Positions 1-13,900 of a stretch of 64,000 nt of DNA are shown one piece after another. Origin of the DNA: Antedon mediterranea (taxonomy: Eukaryota; Animalia; Echinodermata); the NCBI RefSeq assembly GCF_964355755.1, contig NC_092671.1:11594001-11658000 (forward strand), given 5' to 3'. The position numbers were made by a program, and so were the translations under genes. Position 1 is the stretch's first letter; the number at the start of each line of letters is the position of its first letter. The notes beneath the pieces are model-generated. The model searched no databases, was not told where the DNA came from, and worked only from the letters and a program-made list of their open reading frames with translations.

Positions 1-59
1 ATAGATTTTATTGATTCAGTGTGTTGTTGTTTGTTTTGGTGGCTCTCAAATATACTTAT

Positions 60-834
60 GGGCCTGTTTCTGCTGCAACTGCTCAAAATACGGTATAAAA
101 ATACGGTATAAAATACGGTATTTTTTATACCGTGTTTTTTAGTACCCCGTTTCTGCTAACAATACTTCTTGGGTGGTCGTGTTAAATTTTATCTTTTTTA
201 CCCAAATTGCCATTCATTTATTTGATCGATAATTAAAAGTCGCAATAAAGGAAGTTTTACGTCTCACTTTCAACAGCCTAGCCCTAGTGATAGAGATGTT
301 GTTGTGAGAGCACAGAAAACATCGTAATGGGGACAATTAATTCGTTCCCTCTCCGAGTTATCGTATTTTGCAATGTTGTACTGCTTTCACAGGCTATTCC
401 ATACTCCTGCTTTATTTTTTTAGAAATGTCTTTATAAATGTGGTTGTCGCTTTTATTACCTTTTAGTTGGCCAGACATTTTAGCTTCCCCACACACATTT
501 ATTTAGTAAAACTGTGACGTCTTCGCTCCACATTTTCACCGAATATATCTATGTGTGTAAAACAGCTGACAGCGACAGAAAATAAAACACGAATGTTGAC
601 CTCATGTCACAGGTAAAAAAAAAACGGTATTTTTTATTGGCAGCAGAAACGGGTACAAAAAATACGGTATAAATACCATATTTTATCCACAATTTTTGTG
701 AGGAAAATACGGTATACAAAATACGGTATATTTTTTATGAGCGCAGTTTCTGCTGCCAAAAATATACCGTATATATACGGTATTCAAAAATACCGTAAAA
801 TATACGGTATTTAGTTGGCAGCAGAAACAGGGCC
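60..834. mobile_element. Non-autonomous DNA transposon (MITE), PIF/Harbinger-like
   Basis: Terminal inverted repeats GGGCCTGTTTCTGCTGCAACT (60-80) and AGTTGGCAGCAGAAACAGGGCC (813-834), with TAT on both flanks (57-59, 835-837). Many subterminal AAATACGGTAT repeats in both orientations; no coding capacity. Confidence 0.75.
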
Positions 835-1580
835 TATGATGCTTTGATAGTATATTTTGAATTTCATTGAATGGCATGTTCTGTTTATTTTAAACAATAC
901 TATAATAGTATAATAATATACTGGTTAAATTGAATAAGGACTACTGTACTTTATTAGTACTGTATATTTTATGAATTTTTAAACTTAAAAAAAAAAAAAG
1001 ATGCTGCCGGGCCTAATGAACATGATGGATACATGGGTTTAAATGAATAGTAGGTTTGTAGGTGGGGGTAAGAAGAGGGGAAATACTATGTACTATTGAA
1101 TTGGGCTTAGCCAACTAACTCAATAACCATCCATTATAAAATGATTATAATTACCGTATTTCAGAAATGGCATAATTAGAGAAATTAACACTCATGTTTG
1201 ACCAAACTACTTTATTTCAATTCAAACAATCGCATACAATTTTCAAATTCTGTAGCTGAAAGCAAAAAAAAGTGTTACAATCATGGATGTATCATATGTA
1301 CATTATATTGTATATTTACCACAAAGTACTGGAGTTTCCATGATTTTAATACAAGCGGCTCATTATAAACATTTAACATAATCCTGAATCTTAATTGTGT
1401 ATGGTGTGTCCTATTATTTATCAATGTACCATAAACCCACGATCTAAATAGAGCCATAGAATGTGTACAACAGTAATGGTTATCATCAATTTGTTTGAAA
1501 ACCATTCGTTAGGTTAGTTAGACCCCCCTGCAATAAATGTCAATAATTTAAATGGTGTCCTGTTGTACAAAAGGTCACCT

Positions 1581-1734
1581 TCTTCTTGGCTTTGCTTCGC
1601 GAACGAAGATTTTATGAAGGGGTTTGTCCACGTCTGTCGCAGGCTCGTTTGTGGCTTACAAGTCCGATGCGAGAGAGGCATGTCCTTCCACAACGACTGC
1701 AGAGGAATGTCGGGTGCAACTCTTGTGGTTAAGG
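1581..1734 (-). mobile_element. 5'-truncated RTE-clade LINE fragment
   Basis: Minus strand reads PTFLCSRCGRTCLSRIGLVSHKRACDRRGQTPS*, matching the CGRxCxSRIGLxSH C-terminus typical of RTE ORFs. Followed by a short UTR ending in (AAG)n; imperfect flanking direct repeat AAAGGTCACCT / AAAGGTTAACCT. Confidence 0.75.
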
Positions 1735-1832
1735 AAAGGTTAACCTACCTATTGGTGTCTGTCGCTAATTCCAGGTACATTTACCCAGTAAATCTCAAAT
1801 GCATGATAATATAACAAATTGTACAATATTTA

Positions 1833-1850
1833 CATAGAGGATTCTCTATG
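1833..1850. mobile_element. P/Galileo-type transposon footprint
   Basis: CATAGAG-GATT-CTCTATG palindrome flanked by ATATTTA / GTATTTA (6/7 match, 7-bp TSD). Confidence 0.5.
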
Positions 1851-3343
1851 GTATTTACACCTATGTACTTGAAGCATATTTAATGCTTACACATTCCACA
1901 TCGTAATCATTGGCTACATCATAGATGGACGTTTTGTTAGTTACCCTATGCATGTTGGTTGATATACAAGCTCATTTGAAATTATATCCCTATATTTACT
2001 ACATGAGGCTTCTTTGATGTCTTGCCCTAGTATAATACTGTACATATCTTAACATAGAAACACTGAATGCAAAATAGCACATCTTCAATCAAATTAAGCA
2101 CGTAATATATTAAATAAATGTTCAGATTTTGCCACATTTTTACATGTTTTTGTAGGAGGTAGACATTTACATTTATCTCATAATAAAGATAAATAGGTTT
2201 GTGTCCATACACGGTGTCTATGATGTATTGGAAAAGTTTAAATGCATTGGGTTTAATATATAAAAGTTCCTTTACAAAGTACGGGTGTATAAAATTATTT
2301 TCTTTTCAAAAAATGTTAATTGTTAAATTGAGTGACACATTGTTATTTTGTCATGTATAAAAAAAACACTATTGTATAGTAATATTGTTGTTTCTAGATG
2401 TGAATATGCTATGCTAACTAGTTTTAATGAAGGAGAAATATCACAAGATATAATTAAAGCAGAGATATTATAATTCTAAGCACACTTTAGCTGGATTGAG
2501 ACATCTCTACAGAAAAGTATGCATACTGTACATATTGTTCTGCAATTTTTCAATTCCCAGATTCTTATAAGAGACAGTTGCTAAAACTATGCTGTGTGCC
2601 TACCTACCTACCATTCTAAATTTTAGAGTTGTAATAAAGTTTAAAAAAAACATTTCTTGTTGCAACTAGTTTGGTCAGAAAGTGCATCGCTTGCGCCACG
2701 ACGAACATAGACCAATGAAAGCACGTCATGAACCTATGCCAAGATTCCTAATAAAACATAAATTAATATAAATAGTACAAGAGTCGCATAACGACCATCT
2801 TGAGGTCAGATGAAAAAAATATCAATAAAACAAATTATTCCTTCTTGCCATTCCAGAAGGAATAAGGAATTTGGAAGAAATACCTGAATTTTAAAATACA
2901 ATGGCTTATTGTTTTAAAAGAAAATCGCCATTACACTACTGTACTTAGTTTCCGATAATTCCCAACGTTAGCAAAACAAAAATAATGTATAAATTTCTTC
3001 TTTTTTTTTCTTTTTGTTTTTAAGGCAGTTTCCACAAGAAACTGTCTTCTGTGCACTGTACGTGCTTACATGCTTCTTGTGTACTCGACACTTGTGTGGA
3101 GGCAACTAGCCATTTTTAAGGCATAATACATTGCATTTGTGCGTTTTCCATTCTAATATTAGAATCATAATGTAGACATAAATATAATTGCATACTAGGT
3201 GTTTTTCTATAGACAGATCATCGGATATAAGCCTACAGGTAGTTCAATGGCTTACAGTCTTGTCTTGAGTGCAAAATATATTTTCATGGGTTTACAAAAT
3301 GTACAGTAACAGGAAAATACTATAGAATTGCAAGATATTGTCA

Positions 3344-6300
3344 CTAAGCCAAAGGCTCCTTGTGGTTTGCGTTTCCATTTTGTAAAAATCCATCTGATTC
3401 AGCCGCAACATTATTTCCCAACTCTACTTCGTTTTTCTTATCGGTGCACCTGTCTGGGGTTTTTAATCTTTTATAATGTACATATATGTCATGTATTTCA
3501 AGTGCCAAGGGTACAACGATGATGAATGTTGCCGCTGTGTATGCCCACGCTTGAGATAAACCGATCCAGAAAGTGAACTCTCCTAAAGAGAGATCCCCGA
3601 GTGATGCCATGACAGCTGGCCAGATCATGACAAGAAAGATGGACAGAACAATGCTGATGCCGATTGACACCCTCTTGGTTTTCCTGAATACTTGTTTCAT
3701 TTGCGCAAGAGTTGGACGATCTGTGCTAAGATGAATTGGGATGTTGAATTCTCTGTGAAACAAATATTACAAATTAATTATTGCAATATGTATTTTAAAT
3801 ATATATTATCTAAACTGGATTTAATGCTCAGTATAAAAAATGCCCTAAATTGAAAGGAAATAATTATACCTTGTGTAATGCTCACTCCATGGCATCAATG
3901 GGTTGTCAATGTCTCGAGTCTTCTCCCACACCTCCTCTTCTTCCTCTTCAGTCAATGGCTTTTGATAGATAAGCGACGTGGCCACACAGAAAACAGCTCC
4001 ACCTGCGATTGCCACGATGTTACCCATCAACATATTGAATTCTTTACCAGTGTTTTCGAAGAACTTTCCGTTACCAAGACCACCCTCTTCCAAACTTGAA
4101 GTAATAAGTAGAGTCACAACGCCAAGTACCATACCACCAATGGCGCCAAATATCATTCCTTTACCGGTCAACCTTCCCCATGTTACACTAAGGATGATTG
4201 GAACAACAGCCGAAGCAATTGGGATACCCATGAAAGTGTAAAGCCATCCCATTTTCAGCTGCAAAAGTGAAAAAAAAAAAGAAAACTTTACTTTTTTTAT
4301 CATTCATAGAAAATAACTGTATCAGAAGCCTGTGTATTTGTCTATGGTGAAATTACACTGAATCTCACCATAGAAAATACATTATATTATCGATAGAATA
4401 AAATAAAGATAGACACTTACATCTAGCAAAGCGAAGATCAGTGTAATGGGGACATTTGCTAGAGACACTAGCACAACACACCAATCACGTTTATCCCCTA
4501 GGAAGTCCAAGTAAGCTCTGTATTCACCATGTACAGAACATTTGTATCCTGGTCTGACAGCATCCTTGCAATCATTACGGATCCTGTTTTATAAGATAAT
4601 ACAAGGTTGTTACATGTTGAAGGAAACTCTCATTCACAAAAGGCACGTCTTAATTAATAAACCTATTTTTAAAAACACAACTTACTTGTCATCAGTGACG
4701 CAGTATGGGCACTCAGATTTTTTGACACACACGCATTGGTTAGCATCTTTGGAATGGCGCCCCCTGTTCTTTCCGCAGATCTCGCATGCATTGACATCTT
4801 CAACTACTTTGTAAGGTTTCCAGTGAAGCTTGTAAAGATCGTACACCAAGATGGATGTGATAGCGATACATTCTGCAGATCCAGTTGATGTCACTGCCAT
4901 CAAGATGATGATGAACATGAGAACTTCACCATAATAACCCAACAATGCTCTTGCTATTGTCGGAGCAACAAGTCCTACAACGAGATAATATAGTTTTTAA
5001 AATTCTACAGTTGAGAATGGCCTACTGAATATGTATTTGTGTAGGATAAATTTAACCTTCATATACCTTCATTGATTTGGTCATCTGTGATTAACTGTTC
5101 TCCACTGTAAGAGCTGAGAGCCAAGAAGGAAAAGCCCATGGTTGCAGCAAATGTGAATGGGATGGCAAACCAGACAAGGCCTCCAGATATGAAGCCCCAC
5201 ATGCCTTCCCTAGGCTTAGCTGCTACTCCACTCTGCCAGTACGATTGGTCAACAAATACCGTTCCAAAGTTACCTAAGAGTAGTATAATAGACTTACGTT
5301 AGTTTGTATACAATGTATTTTTATATTAACTACAGTCCACTAAACTATCATTAGTAAGACAATTGGATTTGTTAAGTTTGCATAATACATATGCATATGG
5401 TTACATTTTACAATTTAATTTGCATATTATATATAAAGAAAGATCAATATGACATTACCCCACTAACTAATACAACAAGATATCAATGGTTAGTTTATCT
5501 ATTTCCTAAATTGTTATCCTGAAAACATAATTTAAGCTTTATAATAAAGGAGGAAAAAGAAATGCATGTAATTAAACTACAGAACTTGACATAGGAATTC
5601 ATGAATGAGTTAATTATATCTGAAGGGAAAAGAGCTAAGTTAACATTACCATACAAATTCAATTTAGACACAGTGTAAATGGGGCAAGGGCAATATTAGC
5701 AATAATTAAATCTCACAGCTATTTAGATACAGAAAGCCTCTAAAAATGTTGTATAGAAGGAAATAGAGACGGCATCTGTAAGAAGGTGGGCAAGTATAAA
5801 ATATTTCTTAATCATTAGTAAATTGGTGTGCAGGACTTTAAAAAAAGGAAAATTCATTTGGAAAATTGGAAGTTATAGAACCCTTTAATTTTATTTAAAT
5901 TATATTTCCATTGGGAACCACATTAAATTGGGTGACAATTTTTGAAAAGGACATTTTAGGAGTGTTTTTAATTATATTATGTAAGGTCCAATAGAAGTAA
6001 GGAATTCTGAGCACATAATAGTGCCTTAACTCGTTCGGTCATCGTGGCTTAAAGCGTTTCAATTACCGACGGTATCTCTGCCGACTTGGTGATCATCTCT
6101 AGCTGCAGTTGTGGTGCGTGGACGTCCCAAATGGAGAGAACGTCAACTTTCCAGCGGTTCTATCCGTATACATTATCCAACAGCCCTTCACTGAAAGGAA
6201 CTTAGTAGGTGCAGAATACTGATCGATAACGTAAACAATTAAAAAACGTAGATATCTAAATTCCTTTCTTCTAATACCAGACGAATTATTTAATAGAGAT

Positions 6301-9300
6301 GTTTTAGCCTCTGACACTATCTCTCTACACTCTGCATCCTAACACACGCACTGTTAATGCCCACCTTAAAATTCAATATTCCTCCCTTCAATTAACCCCC
6401 CTCCCTTCGTTCAAATCATTTCCTCTATGCATTGTTGCAATTTTGGTTCCAATTATTATTTCCAACCCCCAAATCACCCCTGCTTCTGGATTCACACATT
6501 AAAACACAATATCTTAGTTTAGCATATGTTAGTTGCCTTTAATATTGGTTGCACTCTCTTTCTCTCTCACTCAGAAATACAAAAAAAAATAAATTAAAAT
6601 AACAATTAAAACAATGAAGGCAAACATCTCACCAAACATCATTAGGCAATTGTGAGTTGTGTCTTGTACGCCTTCCAAAGTGTACCAAAACGGGTGCACT
6701 CTGCATCCATTTATTAAAAAAAGTGCACATTTAAAATGCAAAATTTTAAATTTATCAAAGTGCAATCAACTCTCCTTATGCTTAAACAGGTGTTTAAAAT
6801 TGTAAAATTTCCAATAAAGAAAAATTATAATTTTGATAAAATTTAAAATGTGATTCACATTCGATCTGTAGAAAATTCACAAGATTTAGAGTTAAGTTTT
6901 ACATATTTATTTTGGTGCTTAAAGAGAGTCTGTAGTTGCACTGAAGAATGTTTTTAAATTTAATTTTATAAAAATATAATGATATACCGCCAAGTTTTGA
7001 TTTTATATAAAATTTGACAGTAAAGTTTAAAATATGTTGATCATAAATAATTATTACACTTACACCGATTATTAGTCAGTTAAAATAAAACATGTACAAA
7101 AAAAATAAATGTCTATGCAAGTTTTCCAGGCTGGTAGCCAGGTATAACAGAGGAAAGAGGTTGGGAAGGTGTAAATGTAAATAAACCAAGGTACCATAGT
7201 TAATATTACATTTTATAGAAATTTTGATAAATGGGAAATTCCCTGGCAACGAGCCTGTATTATTACTAATCAGCACACATGATTGACAGCACTCAATAAA
7301 TAAATGTAAATAAAAATTGCATGTGCTCTGAAGAAAAGCACTCATTATAAATTCCAGGTATGTACACAGATTGTTTTATAAAAATAGATAATGAAGGAAA
7401 AAAAAAAACAGTTTTACAAATGCAGTTTCTTTTACTGCTTTTTTTATAAATTTATAAAGATTTGATATTCTACATTTATTTATACGAGTGGTTTGTGTAA
7501 TCTTTCTGTGCACATTCCTTGTGAAATTGTCTCCGTGTTTAAAATATTAATTTGGAAAGACATTTTCACTGAGCATGACATGCACAAGACCCACAATCAA
7601 AGTAAGAAAAGTAGAAAGATTACTTACCAACGAGGTTGATAATACCAAACATGAGGCCATTCGACGAGAGGAAAGAAAAGTAACGCTCGTTCGAGCTACT
7701 TGTGACCTCACCACAGGTTATATATTCATACACACTATCAACAGAGCCTGCAATTTAACAATGTAACCAATAAATCAAATAATAAAATAAAATATACATT
7801 GTTAAAGTCAATAATAAATTCAACATTAGAATTAACCATTTTTCTATTCTAAGGTCTGAAATACAACAAAATCAACATTTATACAAACTGTATTAAAGTG
7901 GAGCTCCACCCAGAAAATTACTATTTTTCATACATTTCAACTATTATTTAAAAATATCATCCCTTATACTTCATATTTTTTTGAAATTTTTTTCAATGAG
8001 TACGATTTTCTTGAAAATCATGCCTTTTTGCGTTTTTGGGGGATACCTTGTAATTTCCTATTCTTTTACATGCAAAAGGGGGGTATATTTGAATAATCCT
8101 AAAAAATTCATTTCTTCACCAAAAAAAAAAAGTAAAATGTATATTTATGTAATTTTTCCAGATCTTTCTATTTCTGGTATTTTTATCACGTATACATTGC
8201 GCAATTTTGCGTAAATAGACACTTTCCCCCGTTCGGGTCCAATTGGGTTTTTTATTTTGCTAGGGAGTCCGATCACGTGACATTTTCCACAATCACACAC
8301 TACTGCAGCTGGCGATCTGTTATTTTGTCGCGATGTTATTTTTGACGGGCGAAAAGTATATTAAAACATTCTGAATGTGACCCTATTATGTTTCACAGTG
8401 TAATAATGTGATTATGAGACTATTACTAAAATGTCAAATTTAACGAGATTTGAGAAAGATGTGGCTATATTATATTCAATAAAGCTAGGCCTACTAGAGT
8501 GTAGGTATGTACCGATGCTGCTTAGTGGCTTGGCCTCTAGCTAGGCTAGGCTGACAGCAGTGAAGTTTGTTTTGCTGTCACCCGACCTTGGCCTACCCAT
8601 GGGCCATGATAGGGTGCCTGAATAGTTGCTTTTCAGTCAGGTCTAAGCTTGCACATCGCTTTACTATTCTTTACTACTCTTGTTCTGTATAGGATTTTGT
8701 GTTTCACAGTTCTTAATATGCGAGAAAACCCAGGAACGATAAATGGGGCGAAACGACCATGTCTATGAATACATAGGCCTCTAGACAAAAATTCAAGCCT
8801 AGCTAGGCTGAGCAGACGGCTTAGCTAGGCCTAACCCTAGCTTAAAGTTAAAAGCAATCTGATAAGATTATAATGCTGCTGTTGTTGTTGTACAGTGAAA
8901 ATCATGAGGTTACATGTAAATTATACTGACATTCTTATCGGAAATATTACTTAGGCCTAAACAAATCGTATTAATTGTGTGTATAAAATTTATTCCCCAT
9001 TTTTCGACACCTAATTCACCAAAGGGAAGAAATTTTCACAATGCGTTGACCAGCGACTAAAACGCGTCAGTCGCTAAGTGTAACGCGTTTCGCGACGTAT
9101 TGTAAACTAATAACCCCTAAGTTACTGAAAAACTGTAATTTGTTAAAAAACACTATTTTCTGACCGATTTTTTAGAAATGAGTTTTTGGAAAATATTTCC
9201 GTATTTTTCCTGGTTTTTTTATGTAATCACTTTCAATTAAACATACTTAAACATAATATAAGCTGAGAAAGTCTGAGTGTAGCTCCACTTTAAATTATCG

Positions 9301-10918
9301 AATCTTGTAATGTATAAAACTTACCAAGTGGAAATTCTGGATCAGAAGCACTGACGTATACTTTGCTAAGGAAAACGAGTAATCCGATGAAAATGATACC
9401 AGTGTTGAAATAAGACATGTAAAAAGTAGCACCAAGACCGCCAATAAACGTGTAACTACCGATCATAGCGGCGAGAATGAGAGATGCCATTTCGAGGCTA
9501 AAGCCAGGAACCAAATTCATCATAACTGCTGTACCACCTGTTATTACAATTAGATGTTTAAATATAGATTATTTTTTTGACTAACATTAACATCTACCTA
9601 CTGTATCTGTTCTACAAACAATGGAAATGTATAAATCCCCAGAGAGGCCTACATTAATATCGAGAGCATGTCTTCATAAAACACTCACTTGCTTGTGAAT
9701 TATTTATTTAATTCATTCCGACATCAACAGCAAGCAGAACATTTGCAAATTAAAAGATAAAAATAGACTAAAGCAATAATGATATTTGAAAATCATACGG
9801 AGAGGCTTCAGGAAGATTCTTTTCAATATCTTAATTGGTGTGTTTTCAACTTTTAAATTCTGTAAGATTTTATTCAACTACGGTCATTTTATATTTTACT
9901 TTTCCAGAGGCCTTGTTTTATGATGGATTGGCAACTTAAAATAATTTAAAACAACTTTATATCGTATTGATGGATCTGTCAAAATGCATTAGTTACTAAA
10001 CTTTAAATACAAAATATAAATGGCTCTATTCATCATTTCTCCATATTTATTAAAGATTTATTTACAGTTTCGATGATGAATGCTTTTAAATTTGTTAACG
10101 TACCCATCATCATCATGACAGTGACTATGAAATTAGTCAGGAGAGCCATGAAGCAGAAGACAAGATGAACTCTTGATCCAAATCGTGCGTAGGTCACTTG
10201 TAAAAATGTCTTTGCTCCAGGGGCCTTTATCTTTAGCTGGACGGACAATGCTGCAAACAACAATAGCTGGACAGTTGCTCCAGCTGCGTACCAGAAAGGA
10301 CCACTTATACCATACTGCAAAATTTAAAAAATAAAAATTGATAAATTATTTGATTTTAAAGAGTTGATGATGTATGAATGATTTATATTTTATTATTTAA
10401 TTTATTCATGAATTATACAGACCTTTGCTGCTACTGATGATGACTGAAGGAGTGTCGCTGCCCATGTCCATTGTGATACAATTGTTGCTGCAGTAATGCC
10501 AATGTTTACTTTACCACCAGCATCAAAACTTGTGTCTAGATTGTCCTGTTTTTGTAAAAAAAAAATATTATTACTATATAGCCTAGCTAGTACTAGTAGG
10601 CTAGGCCTACTAGGCCGCCCTAGTTACATTAAATTTACCCTATAGGCCCTAGGCTATATAAGTTTGTAAATTTCTTACTAGCAAAAAAACATCTCATTTC
10701 TTGGTGAATTTGTTATGGAAAGATGAAATTGCTATATATTATAGTACCTTATCTTGAAAAACGTACGACCTTATCCAAGTAAATCCTTTAGCTAAGATGA
10801 CTGCAAAAACTGCGAAGGCGAGGGTAATCCAAATGGCCACTGAGACGGTAAGCGACTCTGAATCGATAACTAGAGTACCGGTGGTCCCATTCCAAAGTAT
10901 TGAATCACAGAAGTCCAT
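3344..10918 (-). CDS. DUR3: DUR3-like urea active transporter (sodium:solute symporter superfamily), 10 coding exons, ~764 aa
   Basis: Exons 10748-10918, 10423-10545, 10104-10314, 9325-9537, 7628-7747, 5067-5273, 4686-4974, 4421-4583, 3870-4258 and 3344-3752 splice in frame with GT-AG ends (2295 nt). DUR3 motifs: IVSQWTWAATLLQSS, YGISGPFWYAAGATVQ, KIKAPGAKTFLQ, GNFGTVFVDQSYWQ, MAVTSTGSAE, IDNPLMPW. Confidence 0.93.
7897..9289. mobile_element. Non-autonomous Kolobok-like DNA transposon in a DUR3 intron
   Basis: TIRs AGTGGAGCTCCACCCAGA / TCTGAGTGTAGCTCCACT (16/18 match), TTAA on both sides (7893-7896, 9290-9293). 5'-AG...CT-3' ends with a TTAA TSD fit Kolobok rather than piggyBac. Confidence 0.75.
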
Positions 10919-13900
10919 ATTTTAGACCTAAAAATAATAAAAACTACTATTTATGTTTTCTGAAAATGTGTTCGTATACTTTTAGAACCAGATAGTACTA
11001 GCTAGAGCTAGCTATCACCAACCTGCAATATCACAAAAACTATTAAATAACACAATAAGCCTAGCCTAGGCCTATATAAAAAGCATGTCACTTTTGCGTC
11101 GTGTGTATATATATGTAAATAGCGTGATCGAATTTTTAATGAAATATTTTTTTCGATGCGCGCGCGTGTTGTCAAGTCAAGCGCCCTCTAAAAATGTTAA
11201 GACAGAAACAATTTTGGTTATATTTTGTTGCTATATTATTGATTTTTAATAAAATATAATGCAAGTTCTTATTGTAAATTGCTGGACCAATTTTTCAAAA
11301 ACCACACGTATTTTATTTTCATATATTCATAAAACACTTTATCATGCTTATCATGGGAATTGGGTAAGGAAGTGTCACGGGCGGATAAATGTATTGATGA
11401 TGCGATTACAAAAAAACAATATAGGCCTAGTATTCATATTTATATTTTTTTTCTAATTCATTTTGGAGTATACAATACACGGTATCGGATACTTCTGTTC
11501 ACATTAATTAAGATCGATTTCATCGCGCTCTCTTTTCACTGTAATGTTTCAGGAGTTCGCCGTATCGCTTTGGCACTCCTGGAATGTGTATCGTGCGAAG
11601 AGGCCAACAGGGTTGTTTAGGAATTTCCTCTGAGAAATAGGGCAATGATGCTAATTGGTTCGTCATCCACCACTCTGGAAAATGATCGTTGATTTCTTTT
11701 TTTCGGCTGATATCCATAATGATCCATCAAAAGCCGTAGTTTTCTAATAAATTACCACCATACATGCATTTTTAAAATGCGGAATTTCCACGAAAATCTG
11801 TTTCAACGAAAAATTATTTTTTAACTAACTAAATTGTATTCCTTTAATGTTTCTCCATTACGTAACCGTTGTTTTTTTGTATACTGTATATAAAGGCAAA
11901 ATTTCGCCATTTCAATCATAAAAATAAGAACATTATTTGTATATATTTCATATTGTGAGATACACGAATGCATCCGGTTTAGGCATATGATGTTTTCACT
12001 TGAGGAAACGCTAAGTAAATATTTGTCTTGCCGATTTTTGTCAATGAATCTCAAATGTTAGAATAATGTAATCAATCTCATCTATCACTTTAATAAATAT
12101 AGTTATAGTTTCGCTGCAATTGACCCTTTGTTAATAAATAACTTTTAATGATAAATTAAAGAGCGGGTATTGACCTTTTTTGTTCACAAAAATCAAGTAA
12201 ACAAGTACAATGTTACGTTTTTACAGATTGTCTTTAATGTCGCGGCGCAACGGGAATGTGCTCTATTTTGAAATCTATTTTTGTCGCAATGGCCACATTA
12301 GTTTCAGGTGGTTCGTAATACAATTTTAAGGAAAGATAGTTGAGGACAGGTAAAACGATCAGTCACAAGATGCCCTAATCATTCCTGTAACCAGATCTCA
12401 TTTTTTACGGAACTTACTCAGTATTTTCAGCCAATGTGCCTCAGAGGAAGTAGGCGCGCCTATTGGTGATGCCACGACCGATAGCGTCGCCGTAAGATAA
12501 TATTTGAATGTTTTCCTTTTCATTGTAAAATCTCTTTGCTTTTACAACGGTCACCAACATTATTAGTTATTTCCTTATATTTACTACACACGTTCTCTCG
12601 GTCGGCAGCATCCGCGGGTTCTTATAAAAATATTTCGTATAAAACACAACCATATTCGTGCCGTCCTATTTTTCCGCCGAAGGCATTCCCTGCCGCGAGT
12701 TTTTCATCATAAAAGAATGCCTTGCTGAAATTCCACAGAATATAATTACGACATAGGTCAGCCATATCGGATGTAGGCTCCCATTATTGTTTCCGAGTAC
12801 TGTATTTATATTCCACCTCGTTCGCTGCTGGCTGTATGGAAGGTTCATTTATCAATCTTCCTAAGCAGGTTTTGCCAGTAAGATTTACCGGAATAAATTG
12901 GCTCTAACCGGTATTAACCTTTTTTTTTAATGCACCTTGTAAAACATTCAGTATAGTTCTATAGACACAAACACATTTAATAGACCTACTTTTGTTTCTA
13001 GGCCAGGCTTGAAATTAAAGTCGGAATGTTTTGGATCGAAAATTGCAGTTAACACAAAAAAAAAATAGATCAGATTTATGATTATAATATGAGTAAAGAA
13101 ATCACCTGGAGTCGGTAGAAAAGTTGGTTTACTTTTCCGGAATTGATCCATACTGAGAGAACACAAACAAAATGTTCAAATGGTTTTGCCGACAATGAAA
13201 TGTATAAAACATATTCAATGAAAATATCCAATACACTTTAAAGCCGCACGCATTAAATGTAATAACATATTTATGATGATAATGATACATTGTCAATACA
13301 GTATTTAATATTCAATTGTATTAAGAATCGTAATGTACGTATCTAGATCATTCCAACGATGATTAGAACATGATATAATAAGTATTGTTCGAAAAACTCT
13401 AGTACAATGAGGAGGAAATACATTTAAAGTCTCACTTTAAAAAGAACACCCAAAAATATACTGTAAATGGGCATTAAAAGAAACTTTGGTCATTTTAAAG
13501 CCTGTCGGTTTTTATGCTTTCAACAAAAACTTTAAGGCGGAAATAGCAAGAAAAATTCATAACCACGTGTTCGAGAACAAAAGATCTTATTTATATTTAG
13601 TCAATAATTTATTTTAAACATGTTTGGTTAATTCATTATTTTTCTCGAATAATACCTTACTTAATGTATACATTTTCACTACTCAGGTTTTGTTTAAGAT
13701 AATTTGGAACGGTCGATGTTATTCAACTCAATGAATACGGTACTGGCCTTTTGTATATTATAGATTTGTGTCTCCCAACATGGCCGACAATTTAAGTTCA
13801 TTTAGCAGCGATTTAAAATACAAAAGCTACGATTTACTTACCGAAAATGATAGTCAAATACACAAAACAAGTTAATTTGTAGTTTTTAGCAAATATTATT

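Noticed and set aside
284-877. Short ORFs 284-496 and 683-877
   Set aside because: Lie within a MITE made of AAATACGGTAT repeats; no recognisable protein motif.
6020-6320. GC-richer intronic patch with a 72-aa ORF
   Set aside because: Probably a repeat relic, but I found no termini or protein motif to support a call.
11520-11717. 65-aa ATG-initiated ORF upstream of DUR3
   Set aside because: Protein-like composition but no recognisable family or splice support; could be chance.
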